A DNA stretch of 32,000 nucleotides from Longivirga aurantiaca. Its GTDB lineage: Bacteria; Actinomycetota; Actinomycetes; S36-B12; CAIYMF01. The stretch is from the NCBI RefSeq assembly GCF_042660085.1, contig NZ_JBHSTI010000002.1, positions 120,001 to 152,000 on the forward strand, written 5' to 3'. Under the pieces are notes generated by a model. That model was given only the letters and a program-made list of their open reading frames with translations. It did no database searches and was not told the origin of the DNA. A program made the position numbers and the translations under genes. This document shows, one piece after another, positions 9,117 through 17,507 of this stretch; within the stretch, counting starts at the first letter, position 1; every line of letters begins with the position of its first letter.

Positions 9117-10489
9117 CCTCATCGCCCCTGATCACGTACGTCGAACTGCTGGAGCTCGCCCGCCAGGGCGAGGTCGACACCGTCGTCTGCGGCACGCCCG
9201 ACCCGGTCGGGCGCATCGTCGGCAAGCGCCTCACGGTGCCGGCGTTCACGACGCTCTGCGTCGAGGGCGAGGGGATCGGCGCGAGCACGTTCGTCTTCGC
9301 CGTCGACGTCGAGATGACACCGCTCGACCTCCCGGTGTCGAGCGCGGAGAACGGCTGGGCCGACTTCCGGCTGGTGCCGGACATGGCGACCATGCGCCGC
9401 ATGCCGTGGGAGCCGCGCTCGGTCTTCGTCCTGTGCGACGCGTACGAGATGGGGAGCGACGACCTCGTGGCGGTCGCGCCCCGGACGATCCTGCGCCGGC
9501 AGATCGAGCGGGCCGAGGCGCTCGGCCTCCGGTTCAAGTTCGCCTCCGAGCTCGAGTTCTTCCTGTCGAGCACGCCGCAGGCCGAGGCGTGGAGGCGCCG
9601 CTACCGCGACCTCGAGCCGCTCACGCCGTACCGCAACGACTACCAGGTGCTGCAGGGCGGCCGGGACGAGTGGTTCATCTCCCAGGTCCGCAACCACATG
9701 AGCGACTGGGGCATCCCGATCGAGTCGTCCAAGCCCGAGTGGGGGCTCGGCCAGCAGGAGGTCACGCTCGACTACACGAGCACCCTCGAGATGGCCGACC
9801 GGCACGTGCTCTTCAAGTACGGCGTGAAGGAGCTCGCCCACCGCGCCGGGCTCACCTGCACGTTCATGGCGAAGCCGGCCATCGACGAGGTCGGCTCGTC
9901 GTGCCACCTGCACGTGAGCATGTGGGACCTCGACGACAACCCGGTCTCGTGGGACGGCACCGGGCCCGCCGGCATGTCGGCCAGGTTCGGGAGCTTCCTG
10001 TCGGGCCAGCTCGCCCACGTGCTCGACCTCGGTCTGCTCCTCGCCCCGACGGTCAACTCCTACAAGCGGTTCCAGCCCGACCAGTTCGCCGGCACCGCGA
10101 TCGCGGTCGGTGTCGACAACCGCTCGTGCGCGTTCCGCCTCGTCGGCCGGGGCCCGTCGTTCCGCATGGAGAACCGCATCCCGGGCGCCGACGTGAACCC
10201 GTACTACGCCTACTCCGCCACGATCGCCGCCGGTCTAGCCGGGATCGAGGCGGGCGCCGCGTCGCCGGAGCTGCACTCGGGCAACGCGTGGACCGACGGC
10301 GACCTCGCGACGATGACGACGTCGCTCCACCGCTCGGTCGACCGGTTCGCCGCGGCCGAGGTGGCGCGCGACGCCTTCGGTGACGACGTGTTCGAGCACC
10401 TGCTGCAGAGCGCCCGCGCCGAGGTGCTGGCGTTCGACTCCGGCTGCGTGACGGACTGGGAGCTCGTCCGCTACTACGAGCGGGTCTGA
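9113..10489 (+). CDS. Second glutamine synthetase family protein (gamma-glutamyl ligase-like)
   Basis: GTG start at 9113 overlaps the upstream stop. GRIVGKRLTVPAF, SELEFFL, GSSCHLHVSM, PTVNSYKRFQPDQFA, GVDNRSCAFRLVG, FRMENRIPGADVNPYYAYSATIAAGL. Confidence 0.88.
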   Translation: MTSSPLITYVELLELARQGEVDTVVCGTPDPVGRIVGKRLTVPAFTTLCVEGEGIGASTFVFAVDVEMTPLDLPVSSAENGWADFRLVPDMATMRRMPWEPRSVFVLCDAYEMGSDDLVAVAPRTILRRQIERAEALGLRFKFASELEFFLSSTPQAEAWRRRYRDLEPLTPYRNDYQVLQGGRDEWFISQVRNHMSDWGIPIESSKPEWGLGQQEVTLDYTSTLEMADRHVLFKYGVKELAHRAGLTCTFMAKPAIDEVGSSCHLHVSMWDLDDNPVSWDGTGPAGMSARFGSFLSGQLAHVLDLGLLLAPTVNSYKRFQPDQFAGTAIAVGVDNRSCAFRLVGRGPSFRMENRIPGADVNPYYAYSATIAAGLAGIEAGAASPELHSGNAWTDGDLATMTTSLHRSVDRFAAAEVARDAFGDDVFEHLLQSARAEVLAFDSGCVTDWELVRYYERV

Positions 10490-10490
10490 G

Positions 10491-11222
10491 GTGGGCGGCC
10501 GTCGTCCGGTCATCGGCGTCACGGGCTTCCACGAGCAGTGGGCGTTCGAGCACGGCAGCTACCTGTTCACCGCGACCGAGCGGGTCTTCACCGACGGTCT
10601 GCTCGAGGCCGGCGGGCTCCCGGTGCTGCTCATGAGCGCGGCCGAGACGACCGACGACGCGGTCGCGATGCTCGACGGGCTGCTGCTCACGGGCGGTGCC
10701 GACGTGGAGCCGTCTCACTACGGGCGGGAGGTGGCGCCGGAGACCGGGACGCCCGACCACGAGCGCGACGCGTTCGAGATCGCACTCGTCCGGGCAGCCG
10801 TCGACCGGGGCCTGCCCGTGCTGGCGGTCTGCCGGGGCAACCAGGTCGTCAACGTGGCGCTCGGTGGCGAGCTCGTGCAGCACGCACCGACGCACCAGGG
10901 CTACGGCCACCCCACGGTCGGCTTCCACGACGTCGACGTCGCCGCCGGCTCGCGGCTCGCCTCCGTGCTGGGCGCAGGGAACCATCCGGTGAACTCCCTG
11001 CACCACCAGACCGTAGGCAGCACGGCCCCCTCGCTGCGTGCCGTCGCGCACACGGCCGACGGCTCGGTCGAGGCGACCGAGCACCCCGACCAGCCGCTGA
11101 TCACCGTGCAGTGGCACCCCGAGCGCCAGCTCGACAACGACTACTGGTCGCGCCTCGCGTCCTGGCTCGTGCGCGAGGCCAGGACGTACTCGTCCCGCAC
11201 GCCCGAAGGTCAGGAGCCCTGA
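10491..11222 (+). CDS. Gamma-glutamyl-gamma-aminobutyrate hydrolase-like class I glutamine amidotransferase (PuuD-like)
   Basis: LLLTGGADVEPSHYG, nucleophile-containing LAVCRGNQVVNVALGG, catalytic His in ITVQWHPE. Confidence 0.88.
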   Translation: MGGRRPVIGVTGFHEQWAFEHGSYLFTATERVFTDGLLEAGGLPVLLMSAAETTDDAVAMLDGLLLTGGADVEPSHYGREVAPETGTPDHERDAFEIALVRAAVDRGLPVLAVCRGNQVVNVALGGELVQHAPTHQGYGHPTVGFHDVDVAAGSRLASVLGAGNHPVNSLHHQTVGSTAPSLRAVAHTADGSVEATEHPDQPLITVQWHPERQLDNDYWSRLASWLVREARTYSSRTPEGQEP

Positions 11223-12148
11223 TGCCGCTGCACCCCGTCGCCGCCCAGATGGTCGAGGACGCCAAGACCGGGCGGCCGAACGCCCACCTGCTGCCCGTCG
11301 AGGAGGCCCGCGCCAACTTCGAGAGCGACTTCGGCTCGCTGCCCAAGCCGGCCATCGCCCGCAGCGAGGACGTCGAGATCCCGGTGCGGGACACCGTGAT
11401 CCCCGGCCGGGTCCTCTCGGACACGACCGAGCCGGGCGCGCCGCTGCTCGTCTTCTTCCACGGCGGAGGCTGGCTGCTCGGCAGCATCGACAGCCACGAC
11501 ATGATGGCGCGCAAGATCGCGATCGCGACCGGCTGCGTCGTCCTCAGCGTCGGCTATCGGCGCGGCCCCGACTCGCGGTTCCCGACCGCCACCGATGACG
11601 CGCTCGACGCCGTGCGGTGGGCCGTGGCGAACGCCGACATGCTGGGTGCGGACGCGTCGCGGCTCGTCCTCGCGGGAGACAGCGCCGGCGGCAACCTCGC
11701 CGCGGTCACCGCGATCCGGTGCCGGGACGAGGGCGGCCCCGCGGTGACGCACCAACTGCTGGTCTACCCGGTGACGACCTGCGACCTGGAGATCGGGTTC
11801 GACCCGGAGTGGGAGGGCGTCATGCTCTACCGCGACGAGATGCTGTGGCACCAGGAGCACTACCTGCCGGGGCCCGAGGCCCGGACCGACCCGCACGTGG
11901 CGCCGCTGCTGGCCGATCTCGCCGGTCTCCCGGCCGCCACCGTCGTCCTCGGCGAGTGCGACCCGATCCGTCCGCAGGGCCGCCTCTATGCCGAGGCGCT
12001 GGCGGCAGCGGGCGTGCCCGTGCAGGTCGAGGAGTACGCGAGCCTGGTGCACGGGTTCTTCGGCCTCGAGATGCTCTTCCCCGAGGCCGCCGCGGCGATG
12101 GACTTCGCCGGCGCTGCGGTGCGCGCTGCCGTCGGGACGACGGCATGA
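11222..12148 (+). CDS. Alpha/beta hydrolase, HSL-type esterase/lipase
   Basis: FFHGGGWLLGS oxyanion motif, LAGDSAGGNLAAV nucleophile elbow, ECDPIRPQGRLYAEAL acid region, LVHGFF histidine region. Confidence 0.9.
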   Translation: MPLHPVAAQMVEDAKTGRPNAHLLPVEEARANFESDFGSLPKPAIARSEDVEIPVRDTVIPGRVLSDTTEPGAPLLVFFHGGGWLLGSIDSHDMMARKIAIATGCVVLSVGYRRGPDSRFPTATDDALDAVRWAVANADMLGADASRLVLAGDSAGGNLAAVTAIRCRDEGGPAVTHQLLVYPVTTCDLEIGFDPEWEGVMLYRDEMLWHQEHYLPGPEARTDPHVAPLLADLAGLPAATVVLGECDPIRPQGRLYAEALAAAGVPVQVEEYASLVHGFFGLEMLFPEAAAAMDFAGAAVRAAVGTTA

Positions 12149-12894
12149 GCGAGGCCCGGCGCCCGACCGCTGTGGTCACCGGCGCAGGCGGGGGCATCGG
12201 CCTCGTAACGGCGCTGCGGCTCGACCGCGACGGCTACCGCGTGTGGGCCGTCGACGTGAAGGACGCGGCGCCCGAGCTCGCCGGGACAGGGATCGTCGCC
12301 GTACGTGCTGATCTCACCGACCCGGCCGCGCCGGCCGCGCTCCTCGCGGAGCATCTGGGCGACGACGGGCTCGATGCGCTGGTCAACGCGGCCGGCGTCG
12401 CGTTCTTCGACCGGGACGTCTCCGCCCTCGACGTCGACGAGGAGCTCTGGAGCCGCACGTTCGCGGTCAACCTCGACGGCATGCGCCGGATGAGCGCCGC
12501 GGCGGTGCCCTACATGCGACGCACGGCGGGCGCCGCGATGGTGCACGTCGCGAGCATCGCCGGCCTCCGCGGGATGGACTCGCCGATGGACGCCTACCAG
12601 GTGAGCAAGGCCGGCGTCGTGTCGCTCTCGCGCAGCATCGCCGTGCAGCTCGGGCCGGAGGGCATCCGGTCCAACACCGTGTGCCCCGGCGCGGTGCTCA
12701 CACCGATGATCGCCCACCTGTACGACGAGGCGCCGGAACGCCGGACGCGGATGGAGGGCAAGACCCCGCTGCGCCGGCTCGGCAGGCCCGAGGACATCGC
12801 CGCGGCGGTCCGCTGGCTGCTCTCGAGCGAGGCCTCGTTCGTCACGGGCACCGACCTGGTGGTGGACGGCGGATGGATCGCGCAGATCGTATGA
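12145..12894 (+). CDS. SDR family oxidoreductase
   Basis: AVVTGAGGGIGLVTALRL, NAAGVAFFD, YQVSK, SFVTGTDLVVDGGW; ATGA overlap. Confidence 0.92.
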   Translation: MSEARRPTAVVTGAGGGIGLVTALRLDRDGYRVWAVDVKDAAPELAGTGIVAVRADLTDPAAPAALLAEHLGDDGLDALVNAAGVAFFDRDVSALDVDEELWSRTFAVNLDGMRRMSAAAVPYMRRTAGAAMVHVASIAGLRGMDSPMDAYQVSKAGVVSLSRSIAVQLGPEGIRSNTVCPGAVLTPMIAHLYDEAPERRTRMEGKTPLRRLGRPEDIAAAVRWLLSSEASFVTGTDLVVDGGWIAQIV

Positions 12895-13691
12895 GCCCAG
12901 CCTCCGTCCCGCGGCGCTCACCTATGCTTCCGAGAACTGCAGGCATCGACGAAGGGCGCTCTGTGACGACGTCGCCGTACGGACTCCAGCCCGTGCGCAC
13001 GCGGTCCGCCCACGAGCTGGTGCTGCAGCAGATCGAGACCGCGATCAACCTGGGCCGGTTCCGGCCCGGCGACCGGCTCCCCACCGAGCGCGACCTCGCC
13101 GACATGCTGCACGTCTCGCGCACCACGGTGCGCGAGGCGATCGCGGTGCTCGAGAACCGCGGCGTCATCGAGGTACGTCGGGGCCGCAACGGCGGGGCGA
13201 TCGTGCTCGACGTCGTGCGCACCAAGGCCGATCTGCGCAAGCTCCTGCGCGCCAACCGCGACCAGCTGCGCGACACGTTCGACTTCCGGGTGGCCGTCGA
13301 GTCGGCCGCCGCGCGCCTCGCGGCCGAACGCCGTACGGCTGCGGACATCGACACCCTGCGGCGCCTCGTCGACATGCTGTCGCTCGTGGTCGAGAGCCCT
13401 GCCGAGGTGAGCGGGTCGGCCCGCTTCGCGCAGTTCCAGAACCTCGACTCGCAGTTCCACCTCGCCATCGCGCACGCGGCCGGGAGCCAGCGGCTCGCGA
13501 CCGCGATCCTCGAGTCGCGCAGCGCGATGTTCCTGCCGGTGGGTGCGGTCTTCACCGATCTCGAGCCCACGGCCAACGACCTGCACGAGGCGGTGGTCGA
13601 GGCGATCGTCGCCGCCGACGGCGACGAGGCCGCGCGCGTGATGGCCGAGCACATCAACGTGACCCGGTCGACGGTCGAGGGCTGGCTCTGA
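12891..13691 (+). CDS. GntR/FadR-subfamily transcriptional regulator (FCD-type effector domain)
   Basis: Winged HTH RFRPGDRLPTERDLADMLHVSRTTVREAIAVLENRGVIEVRRGRNGG; helical C-terminus with FHLAIAHAAG. Start is 12891 (ATGA overlap) or 12963 (GTG). Confidence 0.9.
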   Translation: MSPASVPRRSPMLPRTAGIDEGRSVTTSPYGLQPVRTRSAHELVLQQIETAINLGRFRPGDRLPTERDLADMLHVSRTTVREAIAVLENRGVIEVRRGRNGGAIVLDVVRTKADLRKLLRANRDQLRDTFDFRVAVESAAARLAAERRTAADIDTLRRLVDMLSLVVESPAEVSGSARFAQFQNLDSQFHLAIAHAAGSQRLATAILESRSAMFLPVGAVFTDLEPTANDLHEAVVEAIVAADGDEAARVMAEHINVTRSTVEGWL

Positions 13692-13713
13692 CCCGACCGC
13701 TTCGTCGCACTCG

Positions 13714-13992
13714 TCAGGCGACGACCAGCACCGCGTTGTCGCCGTTGCGCTCGGGGGCCTCGGGCTCGTCGAGCCAGGTGCCGCCCTCGCCGAGGTAGCG
13801 GAACTCGAACCGCCCCTCGGCGACCTCCACCTTGGCGCTGCGGGTGCCGTTCCACCGGCGGACGAGCGGGTTCGCGCCCGGCGTCCAGCCGTTGAAGTCG
13901 CCGACCACGCTCACCGGCCCGTCGTGCACGTCGCCGGGCAGCACGAACGTCACCGTCGTGCCGCCCTTGCGGGACCTCGCCACCTTGATCAT
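13714..13992 (-). CDS. Isoamylase early-set / AMPK glycogen-binding (CBM48-like) domain protein
   Basis: VVGDFNGWTPGANPLVRRWNGTRSAKVEVAEGRFEFRYLGEGGTWLDEP. Confidence 0.82.
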   Translation of the reverse strand: MIKVARSRKGGTTVTFVLPGDVHDGPVSVVGDFNGWTPGANPLVRRWNGTRSAKVEVAEGRFEFRYLGEGGTWLDEPEAPERNGDNAVLVVA

Positions 13993-14223
13993 CGCTGCAC
14001 CTCTCGGAGTCTGGACGGACGGCCGGAGGCCGCCCGCGTGCCCAGGGTGCTCGACCGTCGACGTCGGCCGCGCGGCGGCACGCGCACGAAACCTGTTGTT
14101 TGCACGGGGTTCACGATGGTTTACACAGAGTGAGGGCCTGACTGCGGTACGTCGCCACTCACCCGTTCGTGGTCACCCGTGCGGTCGATTCGAAGTGACG
14201 CACAGTTCCGGCATCCTCATCGC

Positions 14224-14928
14224 ATGACGCCGTACGGGGTTACGGACGTCCTGGCCGAGCGCGATCTCATCGTGCCCGGGTCGGTCGTCGATGTGGACAG
14301 TGTGCGCCGCGAGCCGGCGCTCTTCGCCGATGCTGCGCTCGCGCTCGGATGGCTCGACTCGTTCGTGCTGCAGCCGAACGACGGCCTGGGAAGGCCAGGT
14401 CACGTGTGCCCGCGCCTCGGCCCGGTCGTGAGTGCCAACCGGCTCACCTTCGTGACGATGCAGACCCCCGACGCCGAGCTGGGCACCGCGTACGCCGCGG
14501 GCCAGCAGCTCGCCACCCTCTACCGGTCGCTGTACCCGGACACCTCCGACCACAAGAGCGCCGCGCTGATCGCGATGTTCCCGGACCTCCCCGAGGCCGA
14601 GGCAGGCACCTTCATCGACGGCGGTCACAAGCTGCTGCGCATGGAGTACGTCGGCCAGGGCCTCATGCTCGGGGAGTTTCACCCCACGAGCGGCGTGGCC
14701 AGCGTGCGCAACGACCAGCTGCCGGTGATGCAGGCGCCCGTGCCGATGTACGCGATCCGCGGCATCACGCCGCACGACATCATGTTCCTCGACCGTCCCA
14801 CCGAGGACCCGCAGCGCCGCATCTCGTACCTCGAGCACTACCTGCACTTCGTGGGGCCGCAGCTCGCGGCCTCGGCCCGGATCCGCGTCTCGGCCACCCT
14901 CGAGGAGCTCAAGGCCGCTGCCGGCTGA
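14224..14928 (+). CDS. Conserved hypothetical protein, possibly DUF6875-like
   Basis: 235 aa from the ATG at 14224; LGRPGHVCPRLGPVVSANRLTFVTMQTPD pattern. Family recollection is tentative. Confidence 0.7.
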   Translation: MTPYGVTDVLAERDLIVPGSVVDVDSVRREPALFADAALALGWLDSFVLQPNDGLGRPGHVCPRLGPVVSANRLTFVTMQTPDAELGTAYAAGQQLATLYRSLYPDTSDHKSAALIAMFPDLPEAEAGTFIDGGHKLLRMEYVGQGLMLGEFHPTSGVASVRNDQLPVMQAPVPMYAIRGITPHDIMFLDRPTEDPQRRISYLEHYLHFVGPQLAASARIRVSATLEELKAAAG

Positions 14929-14935
14929 CCCGCGC

Positions 14936-15988
14936 TCAGAGCGCGAGGTCGACGACCGTCATCCCCGACGTCGTCGCCGGCTCGCTCATCGCCGCCAGCG
15001 CCGCAGGGGCGTCCTCCAGTGCGATGACCCGTCCGACGAGGCGTCGTACGTCGAGCCGCCCCGACGCGACGAGCGCGAGCATCTCGGGGTAGTCGTGCGC
15101 CGGCATCCCGTGGCTGCCGTAGATCTCGAGCTCCTCGGCGATCGCCCGCCCCATGGGCACCGGCGCGACGGCGGAGTCCTCGAGCATCAGCCCCACCTGC
15201 ACGTGCCGGCCGCGACGACGCAGCGACCCGATCGACGCCGTCATGGTGGCGGTGCCGCCGAGTGCGTCCACCGACACGTGCGCGCCGCCGCCGGTGGAGT
15301 CGCGGACTGCGGCCGCGACCTCGTCGGGCGTCAGCCCCGTCGCGTCGACCGTGGCGGCCGCTCCGAGAGCGCGCGCGGTCGCGAGCGCCTCGGACGACAC
15401 GTCGACCGCGATCACCTGCGCCCCGAGCGACACCCCCACGACGACGGCCGACAGCCCGACACCGCCGCACCCGTGGACGGCGAGCACGTCGCCCTCGGTG
15501 GTGCGCCCCTGGTGCACGACCGCGCGGTACGCCGTCGCGAAGCGGCATCCGAGCGAGGCGGCGTCGACGAAGGAGAGGTCGTCCGGCAGGCGCACGAGGT
15601 TTGTGTCGGCGGCGTGCAGCGCCACGAGGTCGGCGAACGAGCCGTGGTGCGTGAAGCCGGGCTGCGTCTGGTCGGGGCAGACCTGGGTGTCGCCCGCGGC
15701 GCACTGCTCGCAGCGCCCGCACCCGCACGCGAACGGCACGGTGACGCGGTCGCCGACCTCCCACCGCGTGACGTCTCGACCGACGACGGCCACGGTCGCC
15801 GCGAGTTCGTGCCCCGGCACCCAGGGCAGGAACGGCACGGGATCGTGGCCGAGCCAGGCGTGCCAGTCGGATCGGCAGACCCCGGTCGCGCCGACGCGGA
15901 CGACCACCCCGTCGTCCGGGCAGACCGGCTCGGGGAGCTCGCCGAGCACGGGCATCTCGCCGTACGCCGACCACACCACTGCTCGCAC
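14936..15988 (-). CDS. Zinc-dependent medium-chain alcohol dehydrogenase
   Basis: GVCRSDWHAWLGHD, PWVPGHELAATV, four-Cys structural-zinc segment CGCGRCEQCAAGDTQVC, VHGCGGVGLSAV. GTG start at 15986-15988 preferred. Confidence 0.9.
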   Translation of the reverse strand: MRAVVWSAYGEMPVLGELPEPVCPDDGVVVRVGATGVCRSDWHAWLGHDPVPFLPWVPGHELAATVAVVGRDVTRWEVGDRVTVPFACGCGRCEQCAAGDTQVCPDQTQPGFTHHGSFADLVALHAADTNLVRLPDDLSFVDAASLGCRFATAYRAVVHQGRTTEGDVLAVHGCGGVGLSAVVVGVSLGAQVIAVDVSSEALATARALGAAATVDATGLTPDEVAAAVRDSTGGGAHVSVDALGGTATMTASIGSLRRRGRHVQVGLMLEDSAVAPVPMGRAIAEELEIYGSHGMPAHDYPEMLALVASGRLDVRRLVGRVIALEDAPAALAAMSEPATTSGMTVVDLAL

Positions 15989-16266
15989 CGCGCGCCTCCT
16001 CGTCGTCGGCCACATCCTGCCGTGGTCGGGAGGTCGACGGCCGATAGCACCCGTGCCTGTCTCGACCGTCGCGGTGCCAGCACCCTGCGCCCCCGGATCG
16101 GTCGGAGCGCCACATCAGGCGCGGAACGTGCCGGCGGCTTCGCTCCCTGACAGAAGACAGGACAGCCCGAGAAAGAACCGGCAAGATGCGCGGACATCAA
16201 CGGCCTCGGGAAGCGCCGCCGAAACGTGGACGATAGCCTCCGCCGACTGCCGAGCGGAGGAGTCCC

Positions 16267-17070
16267 GTGAGCGCCGCATCCGGAACGACCGGAACATCGA
16301 ACCCGAGGTCGGAACGCCGTCATCTGGGGTGGATCGGTGTTGCCGCCCTCTGGGTTGCCTTCGCCTTCCTGCCCGCGATCGTCGACAACGTCGTGCACGG
16401 GAACTTCGACAACTACTTCCCCGACATCGCCCGGGCCACCAGCCTGCTTCCCGGGCGTGTCACCGAGTTCGTCCTCATCGTCGTGGTCATCTCGGCGCTG
16501 CGATGGTGGCCGGTGGTGTGGCGCGAGCGGCTCCGCGCTCGCGCCTGGGTGTGGGTCGTGGTCGTCGTCCCGCTCGCCATGTCGCTGTGGTTCATCGACC
16601 GCGACAACGTGGCGGCGTCGGGCTGGGCCCTGGCCCTGGGCGTTCTCGCCATCTCGTTGCTCATCGGCTTCTCCGAAGAGCTGTTCTTCCGAGGCGTGAT
16701 CCTCACGGCTATGCGTGACCGCTACGGCAGGGAATGGCTCGCCGCGCTCATCACCACCGTCATCTTCGGCCTGTCGCACTTCTCCGGTGGCGTCCCCAAC
16801 ATCCTGTCGACGCTGGTCACCGGCTTCCTCTTCTACTGGATGCGCCGCGTCTCCGGGGGCATCCTCGTCCCGGCGCTCGTGCACTCCCTCTACGACTTCG
16901 CCATCTACACCAGCTACACGGGCCCGCACCCCGCCGACACAGATTCGTTGAGCCTGTCGGTGTTCTTGGTCGGGGCGCTGCTCTCGATCGTCCTGCTCGC
17001 GCTGCACCGGTACGCCGCACCGGCCGGGACGACCCCGTTCACACCTGATGTGGGCGTGGAGGGCAGTTGA
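16267..17070 (+). CDS. CPBP family intramembrane metalloprotease-like protein
   Basis: EELFFRGVI, FGLSHFSGG, VLVPALVHSLYDFAIY-type motifs and multiple hydrophobic helices. Confidence 0.87.
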   Translation: MSAASGTTGTSNPRSERRHLGWIGVAALWVAFAFLPAIVDNVVHGNFDNYFPDIARATSLLPGRVTEFVLIVVVISALRWWPVVWRERLRARAWVWVVVVVPLAMSLWFIDRDNVAASGWALALGVLAISLLIGFSEELFFRGVILTAMRDRYGREWLAALITTVIFGLSHFSGGVPNILSTLVTGFLFYWMRRVSGGILVPALVHSLYDFAIYTSYTGPHPADTDSLSLSVFLVGALLSIVLLALHRYAAPAGTTPFTPDVGVEGS

Positions 17071-17178
17071 CCGCAACCGAGGCAGAAGCGGCCGATAGCT
17101 GAGTCAGGCCGGGCGGGAACACACCGCCGATTCAACATCCCTGCCGATAGCACCCGGTTCGTCCGGCACGATCGTCAC

Positions 17179-17403
17179 GTGATCAGGGGGGCGCTGGGAT
17201 GGCCCCTCGTAGTGGGACTCATCCTCTGCATCCCTGTTTCGCTGGTCGTCCAAGCCGCCACCGACGACAGTGCCGCAGGTACGGCGTTCGGGTGGGTCTG
17301 GTTCGCCCCGATCGTCGTCGCGGACCTGATCTTGCGTCGGCGCGGACCACGCGCCGACCAGGAGGATCCGCCTCGGGGACGACGCGAACGCAGCAGCGGC
17401 TGA
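17179..17403 (+). CDS. Small membrane protein
   Basis: 74 aa with two hydrophobic segments (WPLVVGLILCIPVSLVVQAA, FGWVWFAPIVVADLIL); GTG start. Confidence 0.5.
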   Translation: MIRGALGWPLVVGLILCIPVSLVVQAATDDSAAGTAFGWVWFAPIVVADLILRRRGPRADQEDPPRGRRERSSG

Positions 17404-17507
17404 CGCGTCGAGGTGCCGATCGCGCTCGTGCTCCGGGGTCACGGTAGAGGCTCGAAACGGTGAGATCCGTGGTGGCCCAACGGATCCAAGGAATCCGTGG
17501 AAACCCC

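Noticed and set aside
7638-9122. 494-aa minus-strand ORF opposite the first GS-like gene
   Set aside because: The plus-strand frame has clear GS motifs. The antisense product is low-complexity Arg/Val/His-rich, as expected of a high-GC shadow frame.
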